Assembly (NCBI GenBank): GCA_009859145.1
Contig: VRVR01000045.1
Span: 112,142-176,141, forward strand
Reading direction: 5' to 3'
Length of the DNA: 64,000 nucleotides
Origin: Andalucia godoyi And28
Taxonomy: Eukaryota; Protista; Jakobida
Shown here: piece after piece, positions 40,591 to 53,100 of the stretch
How the letters are laid out: each line of letters starts with the position of its first letter
Numbering within the stretch: the first letter of the stretch is position 1
Made by a program: the position numbers and the translations under genes
The notes under the pieces: model-generated
Seen by the model: the letters and a program-made list of their open reading frames with translations, nothing else
Databases searched by the model: none
What the model was told of the DNA's origin: nothing

Positions 40591-43500
40591 TTATGAAATG
40601 GGATGCCGTTCAAGGATGGGACTCAATTCCCTTACGCGTTTCCACTGGTTCAAGATCATTGTACGGCGACGATCCCAGCCCGGCAGATGATCTCCGTCTG
40701 TTGGGGGCGCAGAAGACGAGCGCGAAGGGGACCACGACGGGTTTGATTGCACTTTCCGTTTTCGCAAAATCCGTTCAATATCCGGAGTTCCCGACGGGGG
40801 AGCCGAGGTTTCCAAGTCATCTCTCTCGGACTCCGCAATGAGTGCGGAGGCGAGCGGATACTGCCGTCGACGGGGAGTGGGGATGAAGACAACCTGGCCC
40901 GGGGACGGCGAGTTAAAAGCAATATCCTGGTCATTGGACACATACGGCTGCTTGTCATGCACATGTACAGTGATGGGCGGGATCTTTCTGAATTTCGAGT
41001 ACACCGATGTGGTATGCCGAGCATTTTGCATCATCAGTTTTGTCCGGTCACGCTGCGTGCGCCGAATGGTTTCCAATCTCTCTGATTCTTGGCGTTGCAT
41101 GACAATCGACTCCTTCATTGTGATCACTGCTCGCTTGTGCCGCTCCTTTTCGCGTTCTCGCCGAACTGAGTTTTCGATGACACGTTCTCGGATTCCAGAC
41201 TCGCCTTCCGGGCCCATTTCATGCGGTAGAAAGTGCTTTTCCATATGTCCTCCGAGCCCGTCGAACGTCGCAACATCAACTTCTTGCATTTTCTTCATGT
41301 CACCAAGCATCTGTGAGATCGATCCCACGTTCTTGAAACCTCGCGACAGCATCGCATCGGAATGAAGTGGACGATACGGATGCAAGACTTCGGATGAAAA
41401 CCGAACCGCATCATCGATCCGTTTGTTCTTCATCGACAGCTCCGTCAGTTGCGTCACGATTTCATTGATGTCTCTCGTCTCAATTTCTGCCTTGACAAGA
41501 TCTCCAACACGCACGGCGTCATTCGCGAGTTCCACCTCATACGGAGAAAACGAAGAGTATGCTGTGACGCTCTCAACGAATGCATGTTCGTCGTCGACCC
41601 CGTCCCCGCCATGCGCCGCCCGTGCGCCGGCCATGGACGCAGCACTTCGTGAGCGGTGCAGCGCTCCACCGTCCTTTCCGGCACTAACTGCAGACCAAGT
41701 ATGCACTGCGTGGGAAAACGGATTGGACAGCACAGACGCCTCGCTGAAACGCTGCTTGGCAGTGTTGTACATCTTGGACTCCAGACTCTCCGTCTCCTGC
41801 TTTTGCACATTCTGCAAACGGGTGAATCGGTGAGGAAGGACGTCCAGCTTGTCAAGCCGCTCGATGGAGTTCATGCGGAGATGACTCATGATTTTCGATC
41901 TCTGCGCCTGGATCTGCATTCTCCATTCCCCCTCGCCGTCGTCGGAAACAGATCTCTGGGTTCCGGTGGAGGAGGCGGGGTCCGATCTCCTCAGCAGCAG
42001 CTCGTTATGTACAGATTCAGGAGAAAAAGTAGCGTCCAAGGTAAGCCATCGATTGACGAGCGCCGGATTGTCCGGAGTAATGATTCGACGAAGGACAGTC
42101 GGGCTCAGTCGTCCAGGAGATAGCTTCCTAGGTTCCACCGGCACGCTGGTGGCCGGAATCGACGGAGGAACGGACGCATCATTCGACGAACGATCGCTTT
42201 GATCGCCGTCGTTTTCGTTGTTGAATGACGCAGAGAATGCACGCGGATTGGAGCGCTTGTCGGCCGAGCTATTTGACCGTCCGCGCGTTCGCTTGCGCGC
42301 ATCAGAACCAGCAACCGGAGAATGCGTCCCTGGAGCACCGACGGCGTCACTTGGGGAGAGTTGAGAGCCCTCTGCCGGGCTCGGAGCCACAGCCAGCTTT
42401 TTGCCGCCATGCATGAATCGAAGCACTGCTTTGAGCCGCTGGAGAACACGAGCCTTCTTCACAGTACAATCAAAGTCGAAAGTTAGATTCTGCGGACCAT
42501 GCAACGATCGTCCCCCGAAAACCAAGCATCTGGCACCAGGATGCAAGTTCATCATTGCACACCCGCCTTCCACGCATTCAATGGGTCTCTTTCGCTTACC
42601 GTCAGAGAGATTCGGAACAATCTTCACCGAGTGCGACGTGTCCGATCCAGTGACTACCATGGGCATTCGCGCATCTTGACTACCGGACAATCGATACCAC
42701 CGCAGGTTGGAAATGTCGAATAGCCAAGCGTCAAGGTCCTCTGGATCATGCAGCCCTCCCCAGATCACCATGTGTGTCCCGTACTGTCCACAGACATGAT
42801 TAGCACGAGGTGGTGGCACTAAATGCTGCTTCAGGTATACAGCATCCTTTTCAGACGGTGCAGAAAATTGATGGTCAATGCGCTCCCAGCCATAGCTCTT
42901 CAGCGAATGCCGACCCGTGTGTTTGAACACCAGCGCATCCCAAACGACGTTCAGCACGTATACATGATGATTGAGACCGCCTTCTTCTGACAGTCCTCCG
43001 TACACAGCAATCTTGTCATGCACCTCGGTATCCAGCTTTTTGTCAGCACTGCGAACGACAATATCGGGCTTCTTGACCGCGGGCTGCACTTCGGTCAAGA
43101 ATACATTACTGGAACGAGGGGTGTTACTACTAGCAACGCTCGATGAGCTGTGAGGCTTGAGATGTTCCGGGTGCTCAGCATCCAGAAAGACAGCGGCAGT
43201 GTGCCCACACAAGGAAAGCATCATCTGTGGATTCCACGACAACTGGTCGGTACAGTACTTGGTGTGCCAATCTGCGGAGATGTCGCTGGGCAGCAGTTCC
43301 TGCCACGTAATGTGGACGTTGTGGACGCTGAACGAAGCATTGTCAAACAACCTCCACTCCCAATCCGAGGGCTTGTAAGAAGACGCGTCGAGGACCCACA
43401 AATCGTCAGATGCTCCGTTTGTCGCCTTGACAAAGCCGCCGAACAAAAACACAAAACCACGAACCATGGTCATTGTGAAAGCAGCTCGCGGGAGCGGCAT

Positions 43501-44034
43501 TGAACTGGATCGCGATTCCGACTGAACCATGAGTTGCTGCATGACGTTAGCCGATGATGTGTGTCGCGTGAGCTGTGGAGAAGCATGCGATTGTGGCGGT
43601 TTTGGGCCATCTGAATTGGTCCCAAGAACCAGCTTCGCCCACTTCCCAATCTTGATCCAGTAGACGTACATGTCATTGAGACACTCGCTGTGCGACGAGA
43701 ACCCTCCGAACAAAAACAGAGCATGCAGATGGTCAACGTACACCAATCCTCCATGCGATCGAGGGCATGGCATCTGGCCGAAAGAAGCGGAGCTGTACGC
43801 ACCGGGAGGGTCGCACACCACTCCACCAATGCCCGAGCGTGCCCATACGTGCGGATGTATTCGTTTCCAGCGATTCTGCGAAACCGAGTATTCATACAAG
43901 TCATTCCGAAGACCTATAGCATCGCTGCTCCAGCCACCAAACACCCACATGGTTCCTATTGCAGAACTGGAGCATGAGCACTGCCCAACCCGAGCAGACG
44001 GACTATCACCCGCCGGATTCAGCAATCGAAACAT
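40591..44034 (-). CDS. Kelch-repeat protein with a long low-complexity/coiled-coil C-terminus, about 1147 aa
   Basis: Repeated GG-aromatic kelch blades: MWVFGGW...NDLYEY, LFLFGGF...LNDMYVY, VFLFGGF...DDLWVL, AVYGG, MVIWGG, LVFGG. Confidence 0.85.
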   Translation of the reverse strand: MFRLLNPAGDSPSARVGQCSCSSSAIGTMWVFGGWSSDAIGLRNDLYEYSVSQNRWKRIHPHVWARSGIGGVVCDPPGAYSSASFGQMPCPRSHGGLVYVDHLHALFLFGGFSSHSECLNDMYVYWIKIGKWAKLVLGTNSDGPKPPQSHASPQLTRHTSSANVMQQLMVQSESRSSSMPLPRAAFTMTMVRGFVFLFGGFVKATNGASDDLWVLDASSYKPSDWEWRLFDNASFSVHNVHITWQELLPSDISADWHTKYCTDQLSWNPQMMLSLCGHTAAVFLDAEHPEHLKPHSSSSVASSNTPRSSNVFLTEVQPAVKKPDIVVRSADKKLDTEVHDKIAVYGGLSEEGGLNHHVYVLNVVWDALVFKHTGRHSLKSYGWERIDHQFSAPSEKDAVYLKQHLVPPPRANHVCGQYGTHMVIWGGLHDPEDLDAWLFDISNLRWYRLSGSQDARMPMVVTGSDTSHSVKIVPNLSDGKRKRPIECVEGGCAMMNLHPGARCLVFGGRSLHGPQNLTFDFDCTVKKARVLQRLKAVLRFMHGGKKLAVAPSPAEGSQLSPSDAVGAPGTHSPVAGSDARKRTRGRSNSSADKRSNPRAFSASFNNENDGDQSDRSSNDASVPPSIPATSVPVEPRKLSPGRLSPTVLRRIITPDNPALVNRWLTLDATFSPESVHNELLLRRSDPASSTGTQRSVSDDGEGEWRMQIQAQRSKIMSHLRMNSIERLDKLDVLPHRFTRLQNVQKQETESLESKMYNTAKQRFSEASVLSNPFSHAVHTWSAVSAGKDGGALHRSRSAASMAGARAAHGGDGVDDEHAFVESVTAYSSFSPYEVELANDAVRVGDLVKAEIETRDINEIVTQLTELSMKNKRIDDAVRFSSEVLHPYRPLHSDAMLSRGFKNVGSISQMLGDMKKMQEVDVATFDGLGGHMEKHFLPHEMGPEGESGIRERVIENSVRREREKERHKRAVITMKESIVMQRQESERLETIRRTQRDRTKLMMQNARHTTSVYSKFRKIPPITVHVHDKQPYVSNDQDIAFNSPSPGQVVFIPTPRRRQYPLASALIAESERDDLETSAPPSGTPDIERILRKRKVQSNPSWSPSRSSSAPPTDGDHLPGWDRRRTMILNQWKRVRELSPILERHPIS

Positions 44035-45676
44035 GCTCAACGATGCGACCGCTTACACGGAGGAGGGTAGGAGAAAGGAAAAATGCTATCAGACAACAAA
44101 ACAGTGAGATTCGCCCCGCTCGCTCCAATGTAGCAACAAACGACCTCTAGCAAACGACGGATGACTGTCAATGATGCTGCAATTTGAATAATAATATTAT
44201 TTTTGTTTTTGTTTTTGTTTTGAGGCTCTGACGAAGATCCAGGATGTGCACGTACGGACGTGCACGTATGCGTGTGTTTTTTTCAGCAAAGAAGGAATCA
44301 GCACGAACGAACAAATGAAAACAAAAACGAAAAAATCATGGAAATAACAAAAAAAGGCAATCCGTTCTTGTCCGTGCTTTCCCCCTTGTGTGTCTTTGAC
44401 GACGAACAAACCAAACGTTTGAAACTTTTGGAACTGTGGAGAAACATTCTCGCGTCGCTCCCCGTCAAAAGAGCAGTTTGCTACGACGCCCAAGTTGTGT
44501 GATTTTTCTGACTGTCTTCAGTAACGAAGCACAAAAACCCGTGCCCCAAAACGCCCCCCAGGTTTTCCTGTACTTTATTATTTTCCCGGTGTTTTTCTAT
44601 ATATTCGGCATTTCGGAATCTCAGCGTGCGTTACGGTGACACGGCTGCATGCGCCTCACATTACGAATAAAAGAAGGGAGAAGGCGCGTTTGTAAACACT
44701 GCTTCACATCGCACGACACACCACATCTGCTCGATTTAGTTGATCTTCATGCAAGGGCACGGGGGTTCGAGGTCCGGCGCGTCTGGTTTCCCCGCGTGCT
44801 GGACGTCCGATGAGCTGTCTGCATTCCCAAGCACCGCACTGGACATTATGCGAGTCGTCAGGAGTCCTGCCGCCCCAGCTACTGCTACAAGAAGCAGCCT
44901 TCGTCTGGTCACGATTGCCATTTCTTTCAGTCCAACCAGTTTCTTTGCCGTTTCGCACGCGCACGGTATGTGATGTCCAAGATCCTTCAACAGGCACACA
45001 CACAGGTAAGCAAATCCTGGAAGGTCACGCTTGAACGGAAGAAAAGCTATTTTTATATATTATAAACCACCTGCCATATCTGGCAGCAATAAAATGCCCG
45101 ATAATTGCCCGCTATCTGCCCGACGCCCGCATTGGTCTTCGTGCGACTTTACGTGCCGTGGTTCGTCGGGAGTTGCACACTCATCGACTCCGTGTTCGTG
45201 CTGCACACGGGGGCGGGAGGGGAACAGCTAGATCTGGAATCTGGCTGTGCTCATGGAGCTTGGAGGATCGTTGGGAGCGCTGCGACACGCTCTCTCTCTC
45301 ACCACACTCCTCCTCGTTTTTTTGCAGCAGGGAAGGACCAAAAAGACGGGGGGGGGAAAAACGGCGCCTGACAAGAGGTGATGGGATGGAGCGCATCACA
45401 TCGGAGTCACTCTGCTGGCACATTGTCGGTTTGCACTCGGATTCGTCCGTGTTTTTTTTTTTTTGGGCCGTTTTTCCCCCCCTTCTCTGCTGTATATCCA
45501 GAACAGTGTCAGCCAACGCTGGGGACTGCTGGTTCTGGAAAGATGCTATTTCAGCACCATTCTTGCTTTCCTGGGGTCTTCTTCTTTCGGGGCGAATTGC
45601 CGAGTTCCGCATTCTTTGTCTGTTTTCCCTTGCTTCGCTTGAAACGAAGTGCAACAAACTGCTTCTTTGACCGAGG

Positions 45677-46516
45677 ATGACAGTCTTGTCGTTTTGGGAT
45701 TTTGTGTCTTACAAGGACAAACCGCAATCGCCGCTTCCGGCGCCGTTCACAGGAAACCGCTCCAAAGACGCACTGATTCCGAAGCTGCTGCTTGATCGTG
45801 CAGAGCTGATCGGAAAAGCAAAGACACCGAGACTGTATCGCGGAAAAGAGCTGTCTCCGAGAACTTGGAGAGAGTCGGTTCCGGAAGCCGCTGTCGACCG
45901 TCCTCGAGGAAGCGTCACGGATCGCACAAACCGATCCTGCGCTCCTGTGGACGTCCACAATCCAAACGCCAACAGAATTCGAAAGGAGTTCTACTTTGAC
46001 AAGGTGACTAATCAGCATCTTCCGGAAGTCAAGGAACCGATGCTGCGCAGAACCGTGTTTCGGAAGGTTCCGGCGGTAGTCGTGCACCATCCCGCTACGA
46101 CCTCGGACGTTGGAGAGATGGGAAGAGAGCACTACGAGAGACTGCCGCCGGTTGCAACGAAGCCCTGCGGCGATCCAGTGGCGCTCGCCGTACCTGGTCC
46201 GCAGCCACAGGTGTCGCTGTTGCCGTCACAGGTCCGATTCACCGAGCACAGTGCGTCCGCGCCTGCGGACCATCGAGAGATTGTGTATCGCAAAGCGTCC
46301 ATCGTCCTTGCGTTGGATCGGTCTCGAAGCTTGCGATCGCTGATGCATCTGGTTGAGCGAGAAAACCAATCGTTTGACGAAGAAGGTCTGCTTCGAGAAC
46401 AAGAACGAGCCGAGCGGTACCGTCGCGAGGACGTACGACGTCGTGAGCTGCATCGTCTTCAGGTTCGAACCTCTGGTTTCAGTCAGAAAACCAAAACAAC
46501 AACCATGATTCCGTGA
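45677..46516 (+). CDS. Hypothetical protein, 279 aa
   Basis: ORF with an ATG start and a charged helical C-terminus; no family confidently recognised. Confidence 0.65.
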   Translation: MTVLSFWDFVSYKDKPQSPLPAPFTGNRSKDALIPKLLLDRAELIGKAKTPRLYRGKELSPRTWRESVPEAAVDRPRGSVTDRTNRSCAPVDVHNPNANRIRKEFYFDKVTNQHLPEVKEPMLRRTVFRKVPAVVVHHPATTSDVGEMGREHYERLPPVATKPCGDPVALAVPGPQPQVSLLPSQVRFTEHSASAPADHREIVYRKASIVLALDRSRSLRSLMHLVERENQSFDEEGLLREQERAERYRREDVRRRELHRLQVRTSGFSQKTKTTTMIP

Positions 46517-46555
46517 CACCAGCGAGTACGATAAATATATATCTTTACAAAACTC

Positions 46556-47471
46556 TTACTGCGCACGGGATTTCTTGGCCTCTCGGATCTTCTTGAGGAG
46601 CCCCTTGGCAAGGAGATAGAACCAGTAGTGATTCAAGAGCCCGCCGACAGCAGTCCCGAGCCAGTACGCGAGCGCCACGCCGATGCCCAGTTCGTGGACG
46701 ATTGCCGGTGTGTTGGAAGCCAAGTGGTAGACGATGAACGGGTACATAACGATGCGCACAACGAAAAACACGACGACCAGCGCGACTCCGTTTCCGAGAT
46801 ACAGCTGTGTCTTGTCCCTTCCAACGGTGTACAGCTGCCAGCGCAAGTTCACGAACGGCGTCGAGACCTCCGTGATAGTGAACACAAGGCCGTAGAACTG
46901 CGCCGCTTGAATGCCGAATGTGCAGAACGGAAACAACAGCCCTGCCGTTGCGTGGTGAATCAGCGTTGCCTTCACCGACGAAAACGCACTCAGATTCGTC
47001 GAAATCACAAGGGCGTCCACCGCAAGATACGACGCAGTGATCATCAAGCACACGTCAGCAATTGCCGGCGGTTTGTGCGTGATCTGTCCCGATATCGAAG
47101 GCTCCGTAATCAGCGCATAGCACGACAGCAGCACAGACACGATCGCATGCACCGTCGACACTGCATACGCATTCCACTCGATTTGCTTCGGTTCTGTCAA
47201 GAATCAACAGTGAACGTGGTTAGACAGTGCGTTACAAGTTCATACCGCAGCTCGAACAGGCAGGAGTCGCACGTATTGAACGAAAGACGGAGGAAGAGGA
47301 AGGGAAAGAGGAAGGGAAGGATTTTTTTTTTGGAGAGAGCGTGGAGCTGGGCTGGGACATACTGGAAAACTTGCGGTAGAATCCAAACGGTGCAAAGACA
47401 AGCTGCGAGAGATGCTGGCACGCATACCAGAACCCAAACGACACGATCCAAACAAGCAGCATCGGATGCAT
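46556..47471 (-). CDS. TLC (TRAM/LAG1/CLN8) domain membrane protein, TMEM56/TLCD4-like, about 248 aa; exons 47363-47471 and 46556-47193
   Basis: EWNAYAVSTVHA, SYLAVD, TLIHH, ITEVSTPFVNLRW, NGVALVVVFFVVRI, LNHYWF; 169-nt intron GTATGT...CAG gives the in-frame join FYRKFSKPKQIEW. Confidence 0.9.
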
Positions 47472-47838
47472 TGTGCCAACGAGTTGAGTACGACCACCAG
47501 GCAATCAGAGTCCAAATGAAAATGTAAATGCACGTACGAGAGGGGGGGGGGAGGTACTTGCGTAAAGAACAGCCACACAAAGGAATCATCCAAATCCAGT
47601 ACTCTTCTTTCCTTCTTCTAAATACGTTTTCCCGAGCGTTACTGGGTTTTGCTGCATTCGTGCATCATCCCGACTACGGGAGAGTCGCAACGGTGCCTTC
47701 CGGTTGAGTCGGTTGAGTCTGTGAAGCGAATGAACAAACGGCCCAGGCTGACTGAAGAAAGAACAGCGTGTCCTTTGCTTGGGGCTTTTTTTCGGAAGGG
47801 TTGCTATAGCGTGTGTGGAGGAGATACCGGTAAGTAGG

Positions 47839-49662
47839 ATGAATGAGATTCGGCGGTTGTTGAAGCAAGTTGAGAGAGAGCATGGGCGCGACTGTGTGAT
47901 TTCAGATGCAGAATCCGAGTGTTTTCGTGCGTTTGACCGTGGATCCGAGTCGTCGAATGCGGCCGCGGGTTTTGACTTTGGCGAGTGGTGTCGCGACTAT
48001 GCGAGCAAGATGCAGATAGGGGCAACTGCGACTGCGACTGGGGCCGGGGCTGGCGAGTTGCCTGTTGTGAGGAGCGAGATTCGTTGGAGAATATCGACTG
48101 TTGTGCAGATGGTGGTGTCCGGCGGGCTGAATGTCGCTGAGCGCATGGTGGACTTGACGGCGGACGACGTTTCTCGGTTTGTAGATGGATTTTGCAGCGG
48201 CTATAGCGGCTGTCCTCGGGAGGAGGGAAAACAGGCGTTGGGGCGGCTGCTTTCGGACATGGTGCAAGCGGGAGACATTGGGTATCCGTTCAAGAGGTGC
48301 TTCCTTCGCGACCATCCTCCGAGCTACTACTTTGGCAATCTGCGCGAGTATGTGCCGGTTGTTGATGATGCGCCGTTTCGCGTGCAGAATGTGAGATTTG
48401 ACCCGCGGGTGCAGGAGATCATGGATTTTCGAGTGGGTGGGAAGTGGACTACGTTTGTGACACAACCCGACGACTACGATCGGATCGATACGGCCACGGA
48501 TTTGTTCCAAGAGGCAGAGCGCTTGCGGGGAAAGCGCAGCGATCAGGCTATGAATCCCGTCGACAGCTGGCTTGTTGATGAAAAGACGCGGCTGCAGGTG
48601 GTGGGCCAGCTGATCGTGGACCGGAAATCCATCAATGCGTACGAACTCCGCGAGCAGTTGTACAAGGTTGTGAAGGAGTGCACTCAGTTCAAACCGTGCC
48701 TGGCGCTGAGCATCATCAAGTTTTTCCGCGCGCGAAAGTACTTTGATTTTAGTGCTGGCTGGGGAGACCGGCTGTTTGCCGCCATGGCTGCAAATGTAGA
48801 GCATTACGTTGGAATTGATCCAAACACTCGACTTCGCGAAGGACATGATTCCATTCGAGCAGCCTTCCAAAACGCAGTGGGTCCGACATCCAAGTTTGAA
48901 ATTGTTTATGAGCCATTTCCGAGTGCGCGTCTGCCGCCCTCTGTCGGCGCGTCTTCTGCGTCACAGGAAGGACAAAGCTACTTTGACTTGGTCTTCACAA
49001 GCCCTCCGTTTTTCGATTTCGAGATTTACAACACAGATGACTCCAATCAGAGTGTCCGGACGCATCCTCGCTCAGACGACTGGACCATCCGATTTCTGTT
49101 TGCATCAATGGGCAGATCCTGGGGGCTCCTTGTCCCAGGAGGTCACATGGCAATTCACATCACAGACGTGTACAAGCATCGCGTTTGCGAAGCCATGTGT
49201 CTTTTCGCAGGAGCCTTTTTACCCAACTGCACTTTCGGGGGGGTCATTGGTTCCAGTGGCAGCGCGGAACGCATTCGACCGTGCTGGGTGTTCTGCAAAC
49301 AGCTGGAACCGGCAGGGAGATTCAAGCAGAATTGCGCAGATCTGTTGGATCGGCTGTATCCCGAGTATTTTGACCGCGTACAGTCCGGCGAATTAGCCGA
49401 GTTTGGCGTGTTCCCGGTGGCTTCCAATCGAGGATCGAGAGCGGCATCGGGTTCATCGCATGCCTACCATAACAGGTATCAGGATGTTTCAAGAGCGAGT
49501 CGACTGTCGGATGCAGACCGCGGTCGGTCGGAGTCGCAGCGATATGTGCAGGGGAATTATCGGTCAAATGATCGCGATTCTCGAAAGCGCACCGACAGAG
49601 CAGACGACTACCGTGATTCATACACACAGCCGTCGGAAAGGTATCGGTACCAAAGAAGGTGA
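47839..49662 (+). CDS. Putative amino-methyltransferase (N4C/N6A-type Rossmann fold) with an Arg/Asp/Ser-rich tail, about 607 aa
   Basis: Motif I DFSAGWGDRL (48744-48773), GIDPN, motif IV DLVFTSPPFFDFEIY (about 48985-49030), LxPGGHMAIHITD. Confidence 0.75.
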   Translation: MNEIRRLLKQVEREHGRDCVISDAESECFRAFDRGSESSNAAAGFDFGEWCRDYASKMQIGATATATGAGAGELPVVRSEIRWRISTVVQMVVSGGLNVAERMVDLTADDVSRFVDGFCSGYSGCPREEGKQALGRLLSDMVQAGDIGYPFKRCFLRDHPPSYYFGNLREYVPVVDDAPFRVQNVRFDPRVQEIMDFRVGGKWTTFVTQPDDYDRIDTATDLFQEAERLRGKRSDQAMNPVDSWLVDEKTRLQVVGQLIVDRKSINAYELREQLYKVVKECTQFKPCLALSIIKFFRARKYFDFSAGWGDRLFAAMAANVEHYVGIDPNTRLREGHDSIRAAFQNAVGPTSKFEIVYEPFPSARLPPSVGASSASQEGQSYFDLVFTSPPFFDFEIYNTDDSNQSVRTHPRSDDWTIRFLFASMGRSWGLLVPGGHMAIHITDVYKHRVCEAMCLFAGAFLPNCTFGGVIGSSGSAERIRPCWVFCKQLEPAGRFKQNCADLLDRLYPEYFDRVQSGELAEFGVFPVASNRGSRAASGSSHAYHNRYQDVSRASRLSDADRGRSESQRYVQGNYRSNDRDSRKRTDRADDYRDSYTQPSERYRYQRR

Positions 49663-50189
49663 TTTGGGCAGCGATTCTGTCCCGTGGAGTAGCAGGACAG
49701 CTCCGCATACACAATGCCCTAGGTACCAAACACTGCTCTGTATCACCATCATTAGGTAGACGGTAGAGGCTCCTCACACAGGTCTAGTGTCATCCATTAT
49801 TATCGAGAACACGCCTCCCTCCTCTCCCACTCGGGACAACTTTGCTTGCGGCAGCCAGTCGACTTTTATTTCAATCGGATCTCGCTTCGCAACTTCTGCA
49901 TTTTGCAGAATGACGAATCACGCGAATAATAATGATGATAATAATGATGATGATAATAGTAATAATAAAAGATGGAATACATTATGGACATTCATTCGAG
50001 ATGATACATGCTCAGAAAGTCTGCCATGGTCTTGCGTAAAATTGTGCCGAGCACCGTCCAAGCCTCGCTAAGGTACGCCAAAAGCTTCCAAGGCACCCAT
50101 TTGAGTGTTTTTGAGAGACCGCCGTATCCTTGACTGCTGGCGACAGAAAACTGGGTGCGCCTTTGCGCACTGTCGTGCAAAGAAACTGG

Positions 50190-53100
50190 CTAAAGTTGCT
50201 GATTGCTTTCAATCAGGTTTTCTGTGAGCGATTCCTGAGCAGAAGGCTTGGGGCGGCTGCGCCACTTTCTTGCAAACTGCTCTAGCAACATCCAAATCAG
50301 AACTGCAGAGAATCCACTGTTCAGCAGAAATACAATTGTGCCAGCTCCGTCCACATCTTGCACGGCGAGCACTTGCGATTGCACGGAGCACGCGAGATTC
50401 ACAAGTAAAATTCCAAGAGAGATGATTTCAACCGAGTTTTCAACACTGCGATGGTACGGAGAAGCGATCGCTTGTAAGCTCTCAGCAACAACCAGCAAAC
50501 ATGCGACGAGCATCGTGCGATACTCGGACAGAGAAGGGACGGTCACGTATGCCGCCACGAAAAGAATCCGACGAAGCATCACCACCAGTTCCCACCACCT
50601 CCTGTTTGACTTGTACGAGCCAAACAACAGCGAGTACACGTACATCCGCCGTGTATCTGGCTTTGCAGTTCCTGACAAGACGCCACTTCTCCAGACAAAG
50701 CATGCCAAAACACCGGGAATCACGACAACATAGACAGCAAACAGAATCGCCGACACCGCTTGCAACATCGCTGAACAACGCTCGTCTGGATAGAAAACGA
50801 GATAAGATTTACCGTCGCCGGCATCGGTGGTGCAGGACAGGGAAGCAAGAACTGCTGAAATGGCGGACATGAAAAGAAACATGAACAGGAAAATGGCCGA
50901 TCGGCGGCAGCGATCTATCCAGCGTTTCCTGGATAGCGCAGATGCCCGTCGCAGCCGAAACGTTCCCACACACCAAATGAGCACCACAAGGCACAACGCA
51001 AACCATGGAGCCGTCACTGCCAGCGTGTAACTGGCCGTATAATCCCACGTCGTGAAGAAGCACTCAGGACCAGCGACTGTCACCATCGTCGTCGAAGAGG
51101 CACCGTGGGTGAAAATATATAATCCAGATGTCATGGGAGTGCGGATAAAAAATAGTGCCTGCCAGAAAAACACAAGCACTTTGACCAGTGCAGAAGAAGA
51201 GGAACCTACAAAAAACGACCACGCAATCAAGCCAGTCACGGCAAGAATCGCAAATACTCCAAAAAACGCCAGTCCGGCAGACGTCGGACACTCCGTACAT
51301 CGGTCTCCGATACGGAAGTATCCTGATGAACACGTGGAGCACAGTCGTCCTTCATACCCTGATTTACACGGCCCTGCCGGGGTAGCATCGCACTGTGTCC
51401 AGTCAGTTCCTGCGAGTGGACAAATCTCAATGGCCTTTGGATACGACTGGTTGTTCATCATCTGCAAGTACGTCACGGAGGGAGACGCGTAGTACCCCTT
51501 TTGCGCAAGCATGTTGCCGCTTTCTCGAAGTGCAATAAGCATATTTCCGTACGGAATATCCGCTTCGGTGTGGAAAGAGCAATCAGCATTCGACAAACAT
51601 CGAGTACAATGCGGAGGTTTGCCGTAGAATCCCGGGCGGCATACGCAATTTTCAAAGTCGAAGAACGCTGGATCGGCTTGAAGTGCCAACCGACCCACCT
51701 TCGCTTGCACACATGACATGCTAGTGCTGTACGGGTAGTTGGTAGCTCCGTCGTACTGAAATTGCTGCTGGTTCGTGTTGGACAGCAAAGACCTCCGTGC
51801 GTTGGGATTGTTACGAATGTCAAACGAGGACAGCAACGGAAGAGACAGCACGTAGTCGAGATGCACAGAAAGGTCGTTTGAGGAGACATCCAAAGAAGAG
51901 AGGCCAGGGAGAAATTGAAGAATTTGAAAGAATGAAAACGACGGAAGAGAGCACGTTTCGCCAAGATAGTCAAATTCAAATCCAGGAAAATGGGCAGGCA
52001 TTCTGCTGTCCTTCATTATCAGAGACGTCAGGGAATAATACGCAGATTTGTTGCAGTAGCTGCACAAGTTGTAGTCAACAACGCCCGGAATTCCAGTAAT
52101 GGAGTTCCCTGACAGGTCAAGCTTTTCCAAGTGTGTTGCAGAGTCCACAACTGCTCCTGGTGATTTGACACTGTTGCACGCGTACAATGGAAAGACATCA
52201 TCATACAAGTTGTAGGCAAGCGAGAGAGATCGCAGCGGAGATCCGCTCGCGAACAAATCCGACGGAAACTTCCCGCTGAACATGTTGTAACTAAGATCCA
52301 GCGATATAAGTGACGAGAACTCTGAAATGTTGGCAAAAGGGAACGAGGAGATGCGATTGTTAGAAAGGTCTAGGAGAATCAGAGAAGCTAAAGAACAATT
52401 AGGGAACGACGTGAAATTGTTGTACCCGAAAAAAGCAAAATTAAGACCATCTTGGATGCAAAAACATGATGGAATTGGACCCACGAGAGCATTTCCATGA
52501 AAGTCCAAGGTTACTAAGCCTTGTCCGAAGGAGCCACAATTCACCTCACCGGAAAGTCGATTGTTGTTTAGTAAAAGTATCTCAAGGAGCGACAAACTTC
52601 CCAAAGACGAGGGAATGGTGCCGCTCAGCCGGTTGGAGGACAGGTCCAAATACCGAAGCTGCGACAGACCACCAAGTGATGAAGGAATCGATCCGGTCAG
52701 CTGATTTGCGTACAGGCCCAGTTCCTGAAGTTGTGGCAGATTGCCAAGCGATGGGGGAATGAGTCCGGTCAGCTGATTACAAGACAGGTCCAAGAGCAGA
52801 AGCTGAGACAGATTACCGAGCGACGGCGGAATCGACCCTGTCAGTTGATTAGAATACAGAGACAGCAGCCGAAGTTGTGAAAGGTTTCCAAGTGATGCAG
52901 GAATCGACCCAGTCAGCTGATTGGAAAACAGCGTCAAGAACAGAAGCTGGGACAGATTACTGAGCGATGAAGGAATGGCTCCAGTCAGCTCGTTGGAATA
53001 CAGGTCCAGGTTCTGAAGCTGCGATAGATTGCCCAACGACTGCGGAATCGACCCGGTCAGTTGATTAGAAGACAGATCCAAGTACTGAAGTAGTGAAAAC

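Noticed and set aside
44610-44660. Short similarity (CGGTGACAC.GGCT..GCAT) to copy A
   Set aside because: Only about 15 nt with gaps and no terminal motif or hairpins; could be chance or a promoter motif.
44736-45010. Small ORFs (minus strand with a CPC motif; plus strand ending at GT donors)
   Set aside because: The CPC lacks the twin CX9C needed for Mia40, and no consistent exon model was found.
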